Of a stretch of 64,000 nt of DNA, positions 48,888 to 58,185 are shown piece by piece; position 1 is the stretch's first letter; every line of letters begins with the position of its first letter. This DNA comes from Terriglobia bacterium (GTDB lineage Bacteria > Acidobacteriota > Terriglobia > 2-12-FULL-54-10): the NCBI GenBank assembly GCA_963666975.2, contig CAXVYR010000003.1, positions 480,001 to 544,000 of the forward strand. Direction: 5' to 3'. Under the pieces are notes generated by a model that had not been told where the DNA came from, ran no database searches, and saw only the letters and a list, made by a program, of their open reading frames with translations. A program made the translations under genes and the position numbers.

Positions 48888-51554
48888 TTGCGGCACCGCC
48901 TGGCGATTAAAACACTCGCTGCGATCCTGGCAGTTCTTTTACTCGGAACCCTGTGGCTTTACAGAGATCAACCGCAGGCTCTTGCCTCCGAATCCGCAGA
49001 CGCCGCGGCGATCGCCGAAGCGATTGACCGGCTGCCCGTGGTCGGCTCGCTTCTCTTGATCGCTGCCCACCCGGACGATGAAAATAGCCAACTGCTGCCT
49101 TACTTGGCGCGCGGATTGCATCTGCGCACAGCGTACCTTTCGGCCACGCGGGGAGATGGCGGGCAAAACCTGCTTGGGAACGAGCAATACGAGGCGCTGG
49201 GAATATTGCGGACCGAAGAATTGCTGGCGGCGCGTCGGCTCGATGGCGCGGAACAATTTTTCGCCCAGGCTTTCGACTTCGGTTTTTCCAAAAGCGCGGA
49301 AGAAACGCTGGAAAAATGGGGCCGGGAACAAGTCCTGGGCGATTTTGTGCGTGTGATTCGCAAATTCCGTCCTGACATCATCATTTCCCGCTTCACCGGC
49401 ACCAGCAGGGACGGCCATGGTAATCACCAAGCGGCCGGCATCCTGACACGGGAAGCCTTCCGGGCCGCCGCCGATCCGCAGCGCTTCCCGGAGCAAATCG
49501 AAGCAGGGTTGCGTCCCTGGCAAGCCTCCAAATTGTTTCTGAACCTGCGAGGCGCAGAGGCCGATTCGGTCACAGTGAGCCTCGAAGGATTTGATCCTCT
49601 CTACGGAAGAACCTATGCAGAGATCGGGACTGAAGCGCGCAGCATGCATCGCAGCCAGGGCATGGGAAGATCCCGTGGCCGTGGGCCTTACTTTGCTTCC
49701 TTTAGTTTGCTGGATTCGGCTTCTCCCGCCGCAGGTCCGCCGGAAGGCTTGCCGAAAGGTTTGTATGACGGGATGGATCTGACCCTGAACCGCTTCACGC
49801 AGCTTTCTGGAGGCTCCGCCGCAGTGGCGCGCCGTGTCCGTTCCATTGAGCAGGATATTGAGACGGCAAGGAAAATGCTTTCGCCCACCCAGCCGAGCGC
49901 TGTGCTGCCCTCGCTGGCCCGTGGTTTGGACCGATTGCGGGAGCTTCGCAACGATATCCAGCAAGCGCAGCAGTCAGAACAACAGAGGGACCATGCGCTG
50001 TTCTTGCTTGCTTTGAAGGAAGCTGATTTTGTCCGCGCCATCGGCATGGCTGCGGGGGTGCAGGTCGATGCCTTAGCGGACAGCGCGGAGGTTGTGCCCT
50101 CGGAGCCGTTCACCGTTACGGTTACCGGCATGGTGCGCGGCCCGGAGTCCCTGCAATTGGGGGAGGTCATGTTGCAGGGGCCGGACGGGTGGAAGATTGA
50201 GAAACTTGTTCCTGATGCTGCGCCCGGCGGGAGCGGCGACCATACGGAAGCAAAATTCCGGGTCACCATGCCGGGAGATACTCCGGTTTCGCAGCCTTAC
50301 TGGATGGTCGAGCCGCGTGAGGGCGCCTACTTTCCGGTAACGGATGTTCCCTGGATCGGAGCGGCTCAAAATCCTGCTTTGCTTACGGGGAGCGTTCAAT
50401 ATGCGGTCGCGAGCGAAGGGAACCCGGTGGAGGTCGTGCAGCAGTCGGATGTGATCTACCGGTTTTACGACCGCATCTATGGGAAGCAGGAACAGCCGGT
50501 GAGCGTTGTGCCGGACTTGGGCATTTGGGTGGAGCCTGCGGTTGCGATTTTTCCGCTGGATTCTGACGAGCCGCAAGCGCTGCTGGTGAAGCTCCGCAAC
50601 AATACTTCCGCAGAGCAGCAGGGAGTGCTGCGGTTGGCCCTTCCATCAGGCTGGCAATCCAACCCGTCCAGGAGACCTTTTACCCTGGCGAAGCGCGGGG
50701 AAGAGATTTCTGCCCGGTTTGATGTTTCCGCGCCGGCTGCGAAACTTCCCGGTGGCGCCGAAGCGCAATCCCTTGCAGTGAAAGCGGTGGCCGAGGCGAA
50801 AGGACAATCCTATTCTACCAGTTATGAAGTCGTGAACTATCCGCACGTCCAGGCGCGGCATTGGTTCCGGCCTGCGGCCTCAGAACTGTTGCGGTTCGAC
50901 GTGAAAATTGCTTCAGGGCTGCGGGTTGGCTACATTATGGGTTCCGGCGATAGCGTGCCGGGAGCATTGGAGCGCCTGGGAGTCTCGGTCGAGCAGCTTG
51001 GTCCGGAGGCACTGGCGTTCGGGAATTTGGGAGAGTTCGACGCCGTTGTCACCGGCATCCGCGCCTATGAGGTGCGCGATGACCTGGTCATCCATCACGA
51101 CCGCCTGATGGAATACGTCCGCGACGGCGGGACGATGATCGTGCAGTATAGCAGGCCGTTTGGAATCAGCCCGCCGATCGGTCCCTATCCCATGGACCAG
51201 GGCGGCAGAGCCGCGCCACGGATTACGGTGGAGGAAGCGCCGCTTGAAATCCTCGAACCCTCCCATCCCGTCTTTCAATCTCCGAACCGGATCACGGAAA
51301 AAGATTTTGCGGGCTGGGTCCAGGAGCGGGGCCTTTATTTTATGGTCTCCTGGGACCCGCAATATCACGCCCTGGTTTCGAGCCATGACCCGGGCGAGCC
51401 GGACTTGAAAGGGGGTATGCTGGTCGCCTCTTACGGTGAGGGCCTGTACGTCTACTCCGCCTACTCCTGGTTCCGCCAGTTGCCTGCCGGTGTGCCGGGA
51501 GCCTATCGAATCTTTGCCAATTTGCTGAGTTTGGGTAAAGCGCCTGCCAGGTAG
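48888..51554 (+). CDS. Large exported PIG-L/LmbE-family protein with Ig-like (NEW3-type) and GATase-like domains
   Basis: Signal/TM segment; AHPDDE, TRGDGGQN, HGNHQA, HRSQG, GWVQERG and FRQLPAGVPGA motifs. Confidence 0.88.
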   Translation: MRHRLAIKTLAAILAVLLLGTLWLYRDQPQALASESADAAAIAEAIDRLPVVGSLLLIAAHPDDENSQLLPYLARGLHLRTAYLSATRGDGGQNLLGNEQYEALGILRTEELLAARRLDGAEQFFAQAFDFGFSKSAEETLEKWGREQVLGDFVRVIRKFRPDIIISRFTGTSRDGHGNHQAAGILTREAFRAAADPQRFPEQIEAGLRPWQASKLFLNLRGAEADSVTVSLEGFDPLYGRTYAEIGTEARSMHRSQGMGRSRGRGPYFASFSLLDSASPAAGPPEGLPKGLYDGMDLTLNRFTQLSGGSAAVARRVRSIEQDIETARKMLSPTQPSAVLPSLARGLDRLRELRNDIQQAQQSEQQRDHALFLLALKEADFVRAIGMAAGVQVDALADSAEVVPSEPFTVTVTGMVRGPESLQLGEVMLQGPDGWKIEKLVPDAAPGGSGDHTEAKFRVTMPGDTPVSQPYWMVEPREGAYFPVTDVPWIGAAQNPALLTGSVQYAVASEGNPVEVVQQSDVIYRFYDRIYGKQEQPVSVVPDLGIWVEPAVAIFPLDSDEPQALLVKLRNNTSAEQQGVLRLALPSGWQSNPSRRPFTLAKRGEEISARFDVSAPAAKLPGGAEAQSLAVKAVAEAKGQSYSTSYEVVNYPHVQARHWFRPAASELLRFDVKIASGLRVGYIMGSGDSVPGALERLGVSVEQLGPEALAFGNLGEFDAVVTGIRAYEVRDDLVIHHDRLMEYVRDGGTMIVQYSRPFGISPPIGPYPMDQGGRAAPRITVEEAPLEILEPSHPVFQSPNRITEKDFAGWVQERGLYFMVSWDPQYHALVSSHDPGEPDLKGGMLVASYGEGLYVYSAYSWFRQLPAGVPGAYRIFANLLSLGKAPAR

Positions 51555-51562
51555 TTCGCAGA

Positions 51563-51919
51563 CTACAGCGGTTTCACAAAAGGTGTATAGGACTCGACAG
51601 TCAAAGAAGCTACCCACTCGCTTACGCTCGTGGCTCGGTTTTCGATTCCCCTTGCAGGCCGAATCCGAGCCGCGACTGTAAAGGAGCGGGTTTTCGTGGA
51701 TGTCGCCGCCACTGCGCGCTGCTGTACACCATCTGTGAAAAGGCCCAAACCATCAGAGCCGCGCGCGCCTGTCCCGCCTGCCCTGAGCAGCGTCGAAGGG
51801 AGCGAAGCCGAGGGATCAGCAAGCGGTCACGCACGTTCGAGGATTCACCGTAAGGTTGGGACCGCTCCATTACTGTCGCGGCTCTGATTGGCTACACACC
51901 AACTCTGAAACTGCTATAG
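51563..51919. mobile_element. Composite MITE/REP cluster
   Basis: Outer imperfect IR ctacagcggtttca / tgaaactgctatag (12/14); internal inverted pair agccgcgactgtaaaggagcgg / ccgctccattactgtcgcggct; palindrome ccctgagcagcgtcgaaggg. Confidence 0.65.
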
Positions 51920-52005
51920 AACAGAACAATACTTCCCTTTTGTGACAAATTCAGGGATTCCTTGATCGTCGGGTAAGGGAGGAAGACAGGAGTCAGGAGG
52001 GGTAG

Positions 52006-52087
52006 CCACGGCAAATTGGCGGTTTAAATTTGCCGTGGGTTTGTAAATTCATGAAAGGCCCACGGCGAGAAAAAGCGCTCACCGTGG
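52006..52087. repeat. Two related REP-like hairpins between convergent genes
   Basis: ccacggcaaatt...aatttgccgtgg and ccacggcgag...ctcaccgtgg. Confidence 0.6.
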
Positions 52088-52933
52088 CTACCCACCCCGT
52101 TTTCCCCGTGCCGCAATCATCAGACAGGAAAAGGTCCCTTCGTCTGCTGCATGGAGCAGATTTTCAAGAGCAGTAATCCGTTCACGCGCAGACTCGCGCG
52201 AGGCTAAGGCCTGCACATCCGCCCGCAGCGCTTCTTGCATGGCAGCCGTTACGTCTTCCGCCTCCGGAACAAAATCGTAGTCCTGGAGCATCTGCAGAAA
52301 TTTGTCCGATGACCCCGCATGGTTCAACGAGGGGTTTGAGGCCCAGGGCAATGGGAGGCGAAGCTTGCCAAGATGATGCTGACGATGATTGCAAAACCAC
52401 TCATGGGCGGCGAGACGCCCGGAGGGTTTCAAGACGCGGGCGCACTCGTCGAGGAAAGAGGGCAAATCAGGGAGGTTCATGAGGAGATGCTGAGTCCAGA
52501 CGATGTCGGCAAAATGGGAAGGCAGGGGCAGGGAATCGGCATGGGCCGCGAGAAAGTGAATCTGATTTATTTTCTCCTCTTTCCCTCTAACGAGGCGAGT
52601 GAGATCAATTGCCGTCCGGAGCCGGGTCAGAGCCAGATCAAAGCCAAGGACCCGGCAGGAAAACTCCGTGTGCAAGAAGCGGGCCGCTCCGCCGATGCCA
52701 CAGCCGACGTCCACGACGCAGATTTCGGGGCGGGAATGCGGCTCGATTCCGGCGATTCGGGCCAGCATGCGGGTGGAACCGATTCCGCCGGCATGGGATT
52801 GGTCGTAAGGATAAAGGTCTTGCGGACGGACACGCGCCAGGTCCAGCCCTTTGCGCCGCAGGTTTTCGAGGATGGTCTCCGTGTTGGGCCCGCGGGAGTA
52901 GTGCTTTTGCAGGGATGAGGTGAACTCTTTCAT
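52088..52933 (-). CDS. Class I SAM-dependent methyltransferase
   Basis: DQSHAGG, VDVGCGIGG and RVLKPSG motifs. Confidence 0.88.
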   Translation of the reverse strand: MKEFTSSLQKHYSRGPNTETILENLRRKGLDLARVRPQDLYPYDQSHAGGIGSTRMLARIAGIEPHSRPEICVVDVGCGIGGAARFLHTEFSCRVLGFDLALTRLRTAIDLTRLVRGKEEKINQIHFLAAHADSLPLPSHFADIVWTQHLLMNLPDLPSFLDECARVLKPSGRLAAHEWFCNHRQHHLGKLRLPLPWASNPSLNHAGSSDKFLQMLQDYDFVPEAEDVTAAMQEALRADVQALASRESARERITALENLLHAADEGTFSCLMIAARGKRGG

Positions 52934-52973
52934 GCTTCTTCCTTAGAGTTGCGGCTATTATAACCAGGACTAC

Positions 52974-53047
52974 GCCACTGAGGCACAGAGACACGGAGAA
53001 AGCAAGAACTCATGATGATCTGTGGCAGTCCTTTGTGTCTCTGTGGC
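52974..53047. repeat. REP-like inverted repeat
   Basis: gccactgaggcacagag ... ctttgtgtctctgtggc (14/17 inverted match). Confidence 0.65.
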
Positions 53048-53083
53048 TAGTGCAGGTTCGGGATCATAAGCAGGAGGAAGTAC

Positions 53084-53368
53084 ATGGCAGCGCAAATTTC
53101 CGTCGAAGAGCAGCCGAAAGGCGACGGCTGGGAATGCCGGGTGACGGTTGCCGAGGGCAGCAGCCAAACTGTACATACGGTAACGGTCGAGAAGTCCTAC
53201 CGTGACAAACTGGCAGGGGCAGAGATTTCCGCCGGGCAGCTTGTGCGCAAGTCCTTTGAGTTTCTCCTGGAAAGGGAACCCAAAGAATCCATCCTGCGTT
53301 CTTTCAATCTGACTGTGATCAGCCGTTATTTTCCGGAGTACGAGCAGGATATCCGGCGGTCTTTCTAA
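53084..53368 (+). CDS. Small hypothetical protein
   Basis: AGGAGG RBS; SFEFLLEREPKESILRSFNL...YFPEYE. Confidence 0.8.
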   Translation: MAAQISVEEQPKGDGWECRVTVAEGSSQTVHTVTVEKSYRDKLAGAEISAGQLVRKSFEFLLEREPKESILRSFNLTVISRYFPEYEQDIRRSF

Positions 53369-53862
53369 CGCCCGGCCAGCAACACTATGGCGTGAGCCGT
53401 TGCCACGGGTGAGGCTGATGACACCCCCGAGGCTCCTTCCGAAGTCTTTGCCTTCACGTTTACAAGCGAACTTTGAATTCCCAGCGCCCCAGCCAGGGTT
53501 TCTCGCATTGGGGCGATGTGCGGAGCGAGTTTCGGTTCATCGATCACAACCACGCTATCGATATTGAGGATTTGGAATCCCCTCTCGGCAAGAATACTTT
53601 TGATGGTCGCCAAAAACGTCAGGCTGCTGGCGTCTTTCCAGCGAGGGTCTGTGTCGGAGAAGAAATGTCCGATGTCCCCCAGCCCGGCAGCGCCGAGCAG
53701 GGCATCGGCTATGGAATGGGAAAGTACATCGCCGTCGGAGTGGCCGAGCAGACCCAGCGGGGAAGGAATTTCCACGCCTCCCAGCAGAAGCTTGCGGCCT
53801 TCCACCAGACGGTGCGTGTCGTACCCGATGCCGCAGCGAAGTCCGGTCTGTTCTTGAGTCAC
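53365..53862 (-). CDS. ispF: 2-C-methyl-D-erythritol 2,4-cyclodiphosphate synthase
   Basis: GIGYDTHRL, GHSDGDV, GDIG and VNVKAKT motifs. Confidence 0.96.
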   Translation of the reverse strand: MTQEQTGLRCGIGYDTHRLVEGRKLLLGGVEIPSPLGLLGHSDGDVLSHSIADALLGAAGLGDIGHFFSDTDPRWKDASSLTFLATIKSILAERGFQILNIDSVVVIDEPKLAPHIAPMRETLAGALGIQSSLVNVKAKTSEGASGVSSASPVATAHAIVLLAGR

Positions 53863-53873
53863 AAAGAAAAAAT

Positions 53874-54617
53874 TTAGCCAGCGTCAGCCGGGCGGCTTCG
53901 CAAATTTATGGCAGATTCACCCAAAGAGTGGCGCTCCTCTTCCAGAAAGAAGCGGGCCAGTTCCAAATCGGCCGGTTGGGTGATCTTAATGTTGCGATCG
54001 GAACCCTTGACGACCGTGACCTCCATACCGAGATGCTCCACCAAGCCTGCTTCATCGGTGGCCTGAAACCCATCCTCGCGGGCCTTCTCGAAGGCTTGCT
54101 TCAGGATATCATATCGAAACACCTGGGGAGTTTGCGCCAGAACAATCCGCTCTCGCGGGATGGTGCTTACAATTCGGGTGCGCTCGACCTGCTTGACCGT
54201 ATCGATGCTGAGGACGCCCAGGATGCTGGCCCCGGTTTGGAAAGCTTCCTGGATTACGGCGGAGATCAACGCAGGAGAGACGAAGGGCCGCACGGCGTCA
54301 TGCACGGCCACCAAATCCGTATCGGGCGGCAAGGCGCGCAGGCAGTTTTCCACCGAGTCTTGCCGGCGATTGCCTCCCGTCACTATACTCACGCTCTTTC
54401 CGAGTTCCTCGCCTCCCAGAATATCTTGCAACTGGGCAAGGTCCTCCGGACCTGTGGCGATGCAGATGCCGCCGATTTCAGGGCAGGCGACGAGCTTGCG
54501 CAGCGTATGGATGAGGATGGGAGTTCCGTCCAGTTTCAGAAACTGTTTTTTGGAGGATCCCATGCGGACGCCGTGGCCGGCTGCAGGGATGATTGCTGTT
54601 ACCTTTTTCTCGCTCAT
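53874..54617 (-). CDS. ispD: 2-C-methyl-D-erythritol 4-phosphate cytidylyltransferase
   Basis: PAAGHGVRMG, VHDAVRP, AQTPQ and NIKIT motifs. Confidence 0.96.
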   Translation of the reverse strand: MSEKKVTAIIPAAGHGVRMGSSKKQFLKLDGTPILIHTLRKLVACPEIGGICIATGPEDLAQLQDILGGEELGKSVSIVTGGNRRQDSVENCLRALPPDTDLVAVHDAVRPFVSPALISAVIQEAFQTGASILGVLSIDTVKQVERTRIVSTIPRERIVLAQTPQVFRYDILKQAFEKAREDGFQATDEAGLVEHLGMEVTVVKGSDRNIKITQPADLELARFFLEEERHSLGESAINLRSRPADAG

Positions 54618-54827
54618 CTCTTACTCATCTCGCTCATTCATCTTGCTGATTCATCTTGCACGCACCCCAACCTTCGATTATTGGTTCATGCCCGCAACGA
54701 TTGTGGAGCAAAGCAGCAGCGGCGTCAACGAGGTTTCTGTGCTATGGGGCGTGCTCGCGCATCCCCATTGCATCCGGTCTCGCGGTTTGTTAGAGTGATT
54801 TTACTCTTAATGAACGGGGTGTTGCCG

Positions 54828-55001
54828 ATGGCGATCAGCCAGGAACTGTTAGATATTTTAGTCTGCCCGGAGTGCAAGGCGCCGCTGAAAATGAAAGGCG
54901 ACCAGTCTGGGTTGAAGTGCGAAAAGTGCCGCCGGGTTTATCCGATCAAAGATGATATACCGGTCATGCTGATTGAGGAGGCTCAGGTTGAACCTGAATG
55001 A
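54828..55001 (+). CDS. Trm112/YcaR family protein
   Basis: LLDILVCPECK...CEKCRRVYPIKDDIPVML. Confidence 0.9.
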   Translation: MAISQELLDILVCPECKAPLKMKGDQSGLKCEKCRRVYPIKDDIPVMLIEEAQVEPE

Positions 55002-55080
55002 GCCGAGCCGGAATGAGCCAAGCCTCTGAACTGTTTTCTCAACAGTCACAGGTTTCGCAATCGTCGCAGGAGTCACTCGA

Positions 55081-56136
55081 GTGAAAGAGCTGGCCCAATT
55101 ACCGCAGGACGCTCGCGTGCTCATCGTTCGGCTGCGCTCCCTCGGGGACACCGTGCTGATGACGCCCGCGCTGCGCCTGCTGCACAACTGGCGTCCGGAC
55201 CTCCAGGTTTCTGTGCTGACAGAACATCCTTGGGACGAGCTGTTGGAAGGGAATCCGGCTATCCATTCTGTGATGATGATGCGAGGGAAGCTTCGCACGG
55301 CGTGGCAAGTGCGCCGGGCGCGGTTTGCGGCGGTGGTCAACTTGCACGGAGGCCCTACCAGCGCTTTTTTGACCCGGTTGAGCGGAGCCGGATTACGGGC
55401 CGGCTTTGAGCATTTCCGGGATGCTGCCGCCTATAACCTGCACGTTCCCGCCGCCCAGCAGATATTGTGCCGGGAAGGGCCGGTGCACACCGCCGAGCAC
55501 GTTGCCTCCTGCCTGTTCTGGCTGGGCGTGCCGCCGGGCGAGGTGCCTCCGGCAGAGGTTTACCCGTCGCCCGAAACCATCGAGAATGTTCTTGCGAAAC
55601 TACACTCCATCGGGTTGGAAAACGGAACCCGGTATGCCGTGATACACCCGGCTGCATTGTATGCCACCAAGCAATGGACACCGCAGGGATTTGCCGAGAT
55701 CGGTGAATTACTGGAGCAGGAATTCGATTTGCGTCCGGTGTATATCTGTGGCGCAGGTGAGTCTGAGGTGCTCGACCGGGTTGAGACCTATGCGCGGCAT
55801 CCAGTGCTTCGCGCGGAAGGCTGGCCGGTGCGAAAGCTGGTGGCGCTGATCGCGGGCGCGCGTGTCTTTGTGGGGAACGACTCCGGGCCGGCTCACGTTG
55901 CCGCGGCAGCGCGCATCCCCGTGCTGGTGATCTTCGGCTCTTCCCACGCCGCCGTGTGGAGGCCCTGGAAAGCGGTGGATTCGGCGGTAGTGCAGAATGA
56001 CTTTGATTGCAATCCCTGCCCGGGCGATCACTGTTCCGTCTACGACGAGCCTCGCTGTATCCTCTCCATCAGCACCGAACAAGTCCGGGTGAGCTTGGAG
56101 TCGTTGCTTCGCTCCCGTGTCTCCACCCGAGCCTGA
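55081..56136 (+). CDS. GT9 glycosyltransferase (LPS heptosyltransferase-like)
   Basis: RLRSLGDTVL, IHPAA...KQW and GNDSGPAHVA motifs. Confidence 0.9.
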   Translation: MKELAQLPQDARVLIVRLRSLGDTVLMTPALRLLHNWRPDLQVSVLTEHPWDELLEGNPAIHSVMMMRGKLRTAWQVRRARFAAVVNLHGGPTSAFLTRLSGAGLRAGFEHFRDAAAYNLHVPAAQQILCREGPVHTAEHVASCLFWLGVPPGEVPPAEVYPSPETIENVLAKLHSIGLENGTRYAVIHPAALYATKQWTPQGFAEIGELLEQEFDLRPVYICGAGESEVLDRVETYARHPVLRAEGWPVRKLVALIAGARVFVGNDSGPAHVAAAARIPVLVIFGSSHAAVWRPWKAVDSAVVQNDFDCNPCPGDHCSVYDEPRCILSISTEQVRVSLESLLRSRVSTRA

Positions 56137-56223
56137 ACCAGTGCGGCGTTCCCTGAATTCGGCCTTGAATTTAGACCTGAGTTTTACGGGGCAGCCGAAG
56201 CTATTCGGAAGGAAGCGGAGGCT

Positions 56224-56742
56224 TCAAGCCTCTTTCTCCGCCGACGTTCTGAATTCGTAATAAAGGTATGCGGCAAGCAGGAGAGAGAATACGACAACTG
56301 CGATGAGCACGCGCCTGCCACGAGAGGCGGGCGAACCACTCGGCTGGATAGGAGGAAAGCTGAGTCTTTTATCCGTTTTCTCCACCCAGAGCGTGGTGGT
56401 TTCCGCATCGTTCAACCGGATGCGTACGACCACGCCGCTTCCCCGCGCGCGGGAGTCCTCAATGCGATACTGGTGGATGGGACCTTGCAAACCGTTCCAG
56501 CCCCAGTCTTCCAGAAAGTCGTCGAAGTGATAAGAGGAGGTGGGCTGCCAGATACGGTAGGCTTCTTGGTAGTCCTCTTGTTGCAAGGCCTTAAAAAATT
56601 GGCTGGCTCGGCGTTCCTCCGGATAGTTCTTCCATTCGTAATAAAGATACCCGGCAAGCAACAGGGACAGTACAATACCAAATATGAGCCGGCGCTTGCG
56701 GCGTTCCGCACCGAGATCAATCGGCTTAATGTATTCAAACAC
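56224..56742 (-). CDS. Hypothetical membrane protein with a duplicated TM segment
   Basis: GTG start at 56742 (VFEYIKP); TM helix, soluble domain, then a second copy of the TM region. Confidence 0.7.
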   Translation of the reverse strand: MFEYIKPIDLGAERRKRRLIFGIVLSLLLAGYLYYEWKNYPEERRASQFFKALQQEDYQEAYRIWQPTSSYHFDDFLEDWGWNGLQGPIHQYRIEDSRARGSGVVVRIRLNDAETTTLWVEKTDKRLSFPPIQPSGSPASRGRRVLIAVVVFSLLLAAYLYYEFRTSAEKEA

Positions 56743-56873
56743 CCCAAACCTCTGAGCCTGGCAGATATGCCTGGAACATTTTCTCCAAAGCCAAACGCAA
56801 GATATATCATAACCGATCCAACTGTAAACGGCATGCCCGGGCCGGAGGTGGCGGCTGAACATCCGGCTCCGGC

Positions 56874-58106
56874 GTGCCGATTCTTGGGTCGCAGGAGGTT
56901 GTCCTGCTTATATTGATCGTTTTATTGTCATGCGGGCTGGCAGGGTGGCTCTTTTTGCTCCTGTGGCATGCGCTTCAGACTCGAGGCGTCGCAACGCTCT
57001 CCGGAACGATGGACTTTCCTCTTCGATCGCAGCCTCTTGTCTCCATTCTGATCCCCGCACGAAACGAAGCAGAGATCCTCGCGGCGACCCTCCCGCGCTT
57101 TCTGTCGCAGGACTACGGCAACTTCGAGGTAGTCCTAATAGACGATGCCTCGACGGACGGCACTGCGGATGTGGCCGGAAAATTCATGGCGTCCTATCCG
57201 GAGCGGTTGCGCTTGCTTCGGGTGGAGTCGTTGCCGCCGGATTGGATCGGCAAGACTCACGCGCTGGACGTAGGGTTTCGGGCTGCGAGAGGCGAGTGGG
57301 TGCTGGCCGCTGACGCAGATATTCTGCTTGATCCCAAGGCGCTGCGAGCTGGTTTGTGGGTGGCGGAACAGCAACGAGCGGAACTGGTCAGTATATTTCC
57401 TTTTATGGAATGCGTTTCCTTCTGGGAAAAGGTAATCTTGCCGGGCTTCGGCCTATTGCTCGCCACGTTTTTTCCGGTGCGGAAGGTGAATGATCCCAAT
57501 TCCACTGTGGCCCTGGCATCCGGAGGGTACATCCTAATGCGGCGCAGCGTGTGGGACAAACTGGGAGGATACCAAAGCGTTCGCTCGGAGATGATTGAGG
57601 ACTTGAATACAGCACGGATTGTAAAGCACTCCGGCCATCGCATCTTCGCCGCCCTGACCCAGGACCTGGTGCGGACACGCATGTACAAAAACTTCGGAGA
57701 AATCTGGGAAGGATTGCGCAAGAATGCCTTTGCGAGCCACCACTTTTCTATCCGGCGAATGCTGTTTTGGGTGAGCGGAGGTCTCCTGGCAAACCTGCTC
57801 CCGCTGGCCAGTCTTTTTTATTCTGCAGCTTTGTTGCTGGGCAAGACAGCAGGAAGCGGGGAACAGGCGTGGCAACTCCAGGCGGTTTTGGCTCTCTCCG
57901 CCGCCCAGTATTTCCTGTCCGTGTTGCTGCATCTGCCCGTGCTGGCCTACTACGGCATCGGATTCGGCTATGCGCTGCTGGCTCCTCTGGGTGGCGTTTT
58001 GTACGCTGTGATTTCTTTGGATTCGATGATGAGCACTTTGTTTGGGCAGGGGGTTTCCTGGAAATTGCGGCAATATGGCAGGCCGCCGCTTGAGTCGGAG
58101 GATTGA
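56874..58106 (+). CDS. Membrane GT2 glycosyltransferase (HpnB/CrtQ-like)
   Basis: ILIPARNE, DDASTDGT, WIGK, DAD, IEDL and RMY motifs; flanking TM helices. Confidence 0.85.
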   Translation: MPILGSQEVVLLILIVLLSCGLAGWLFLLLWHALQTRGVATLSGTMDFPLRSQPLVSILIPARNEAEILAATLPRFLSQDYGNFEVVLIDDASTDGTADVAGKFMASYPERLRLLRVESLPPDWIGKTHALDVGFRAARGEWVLAADADILLDPKALRAGLWVAEQQRAELVSIFPFMECVSFWEKVILPGFGLLLATFFPVRKVNDPNSTVALASGGYILMRRSVWDKLGGYQSVRSEMIEDLNTARIVKHSGHRIFAALTQDLVRTRMYKNFGEIWEGLRKNAFASHHFSIRRMLFWVSGGLLANLLPLASLFYSAALLLGKTAGSGEQAWQLQAVLALSAAQYFLSVLLHLPVLAYYGIGFGYALLAPLGGVLYAVISLDSMMSTLFGQGVSWKLRQYGRPPLESED

Positions 58107-58185
58107 ACCGGTCGATCTTTTCGATCTTTCGGCTTGCCTCTCGAGTGGCGGACCAGGAACAAAGCCAGCGAACGCTGCCGAACGG

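Noticed and set aside
53928-54827. 357-aa ORF ending in a Trm112 domain
   Set aside because: The N-terminal 300 aa are antisense to ispD; the real gene starts at ATG 54828.
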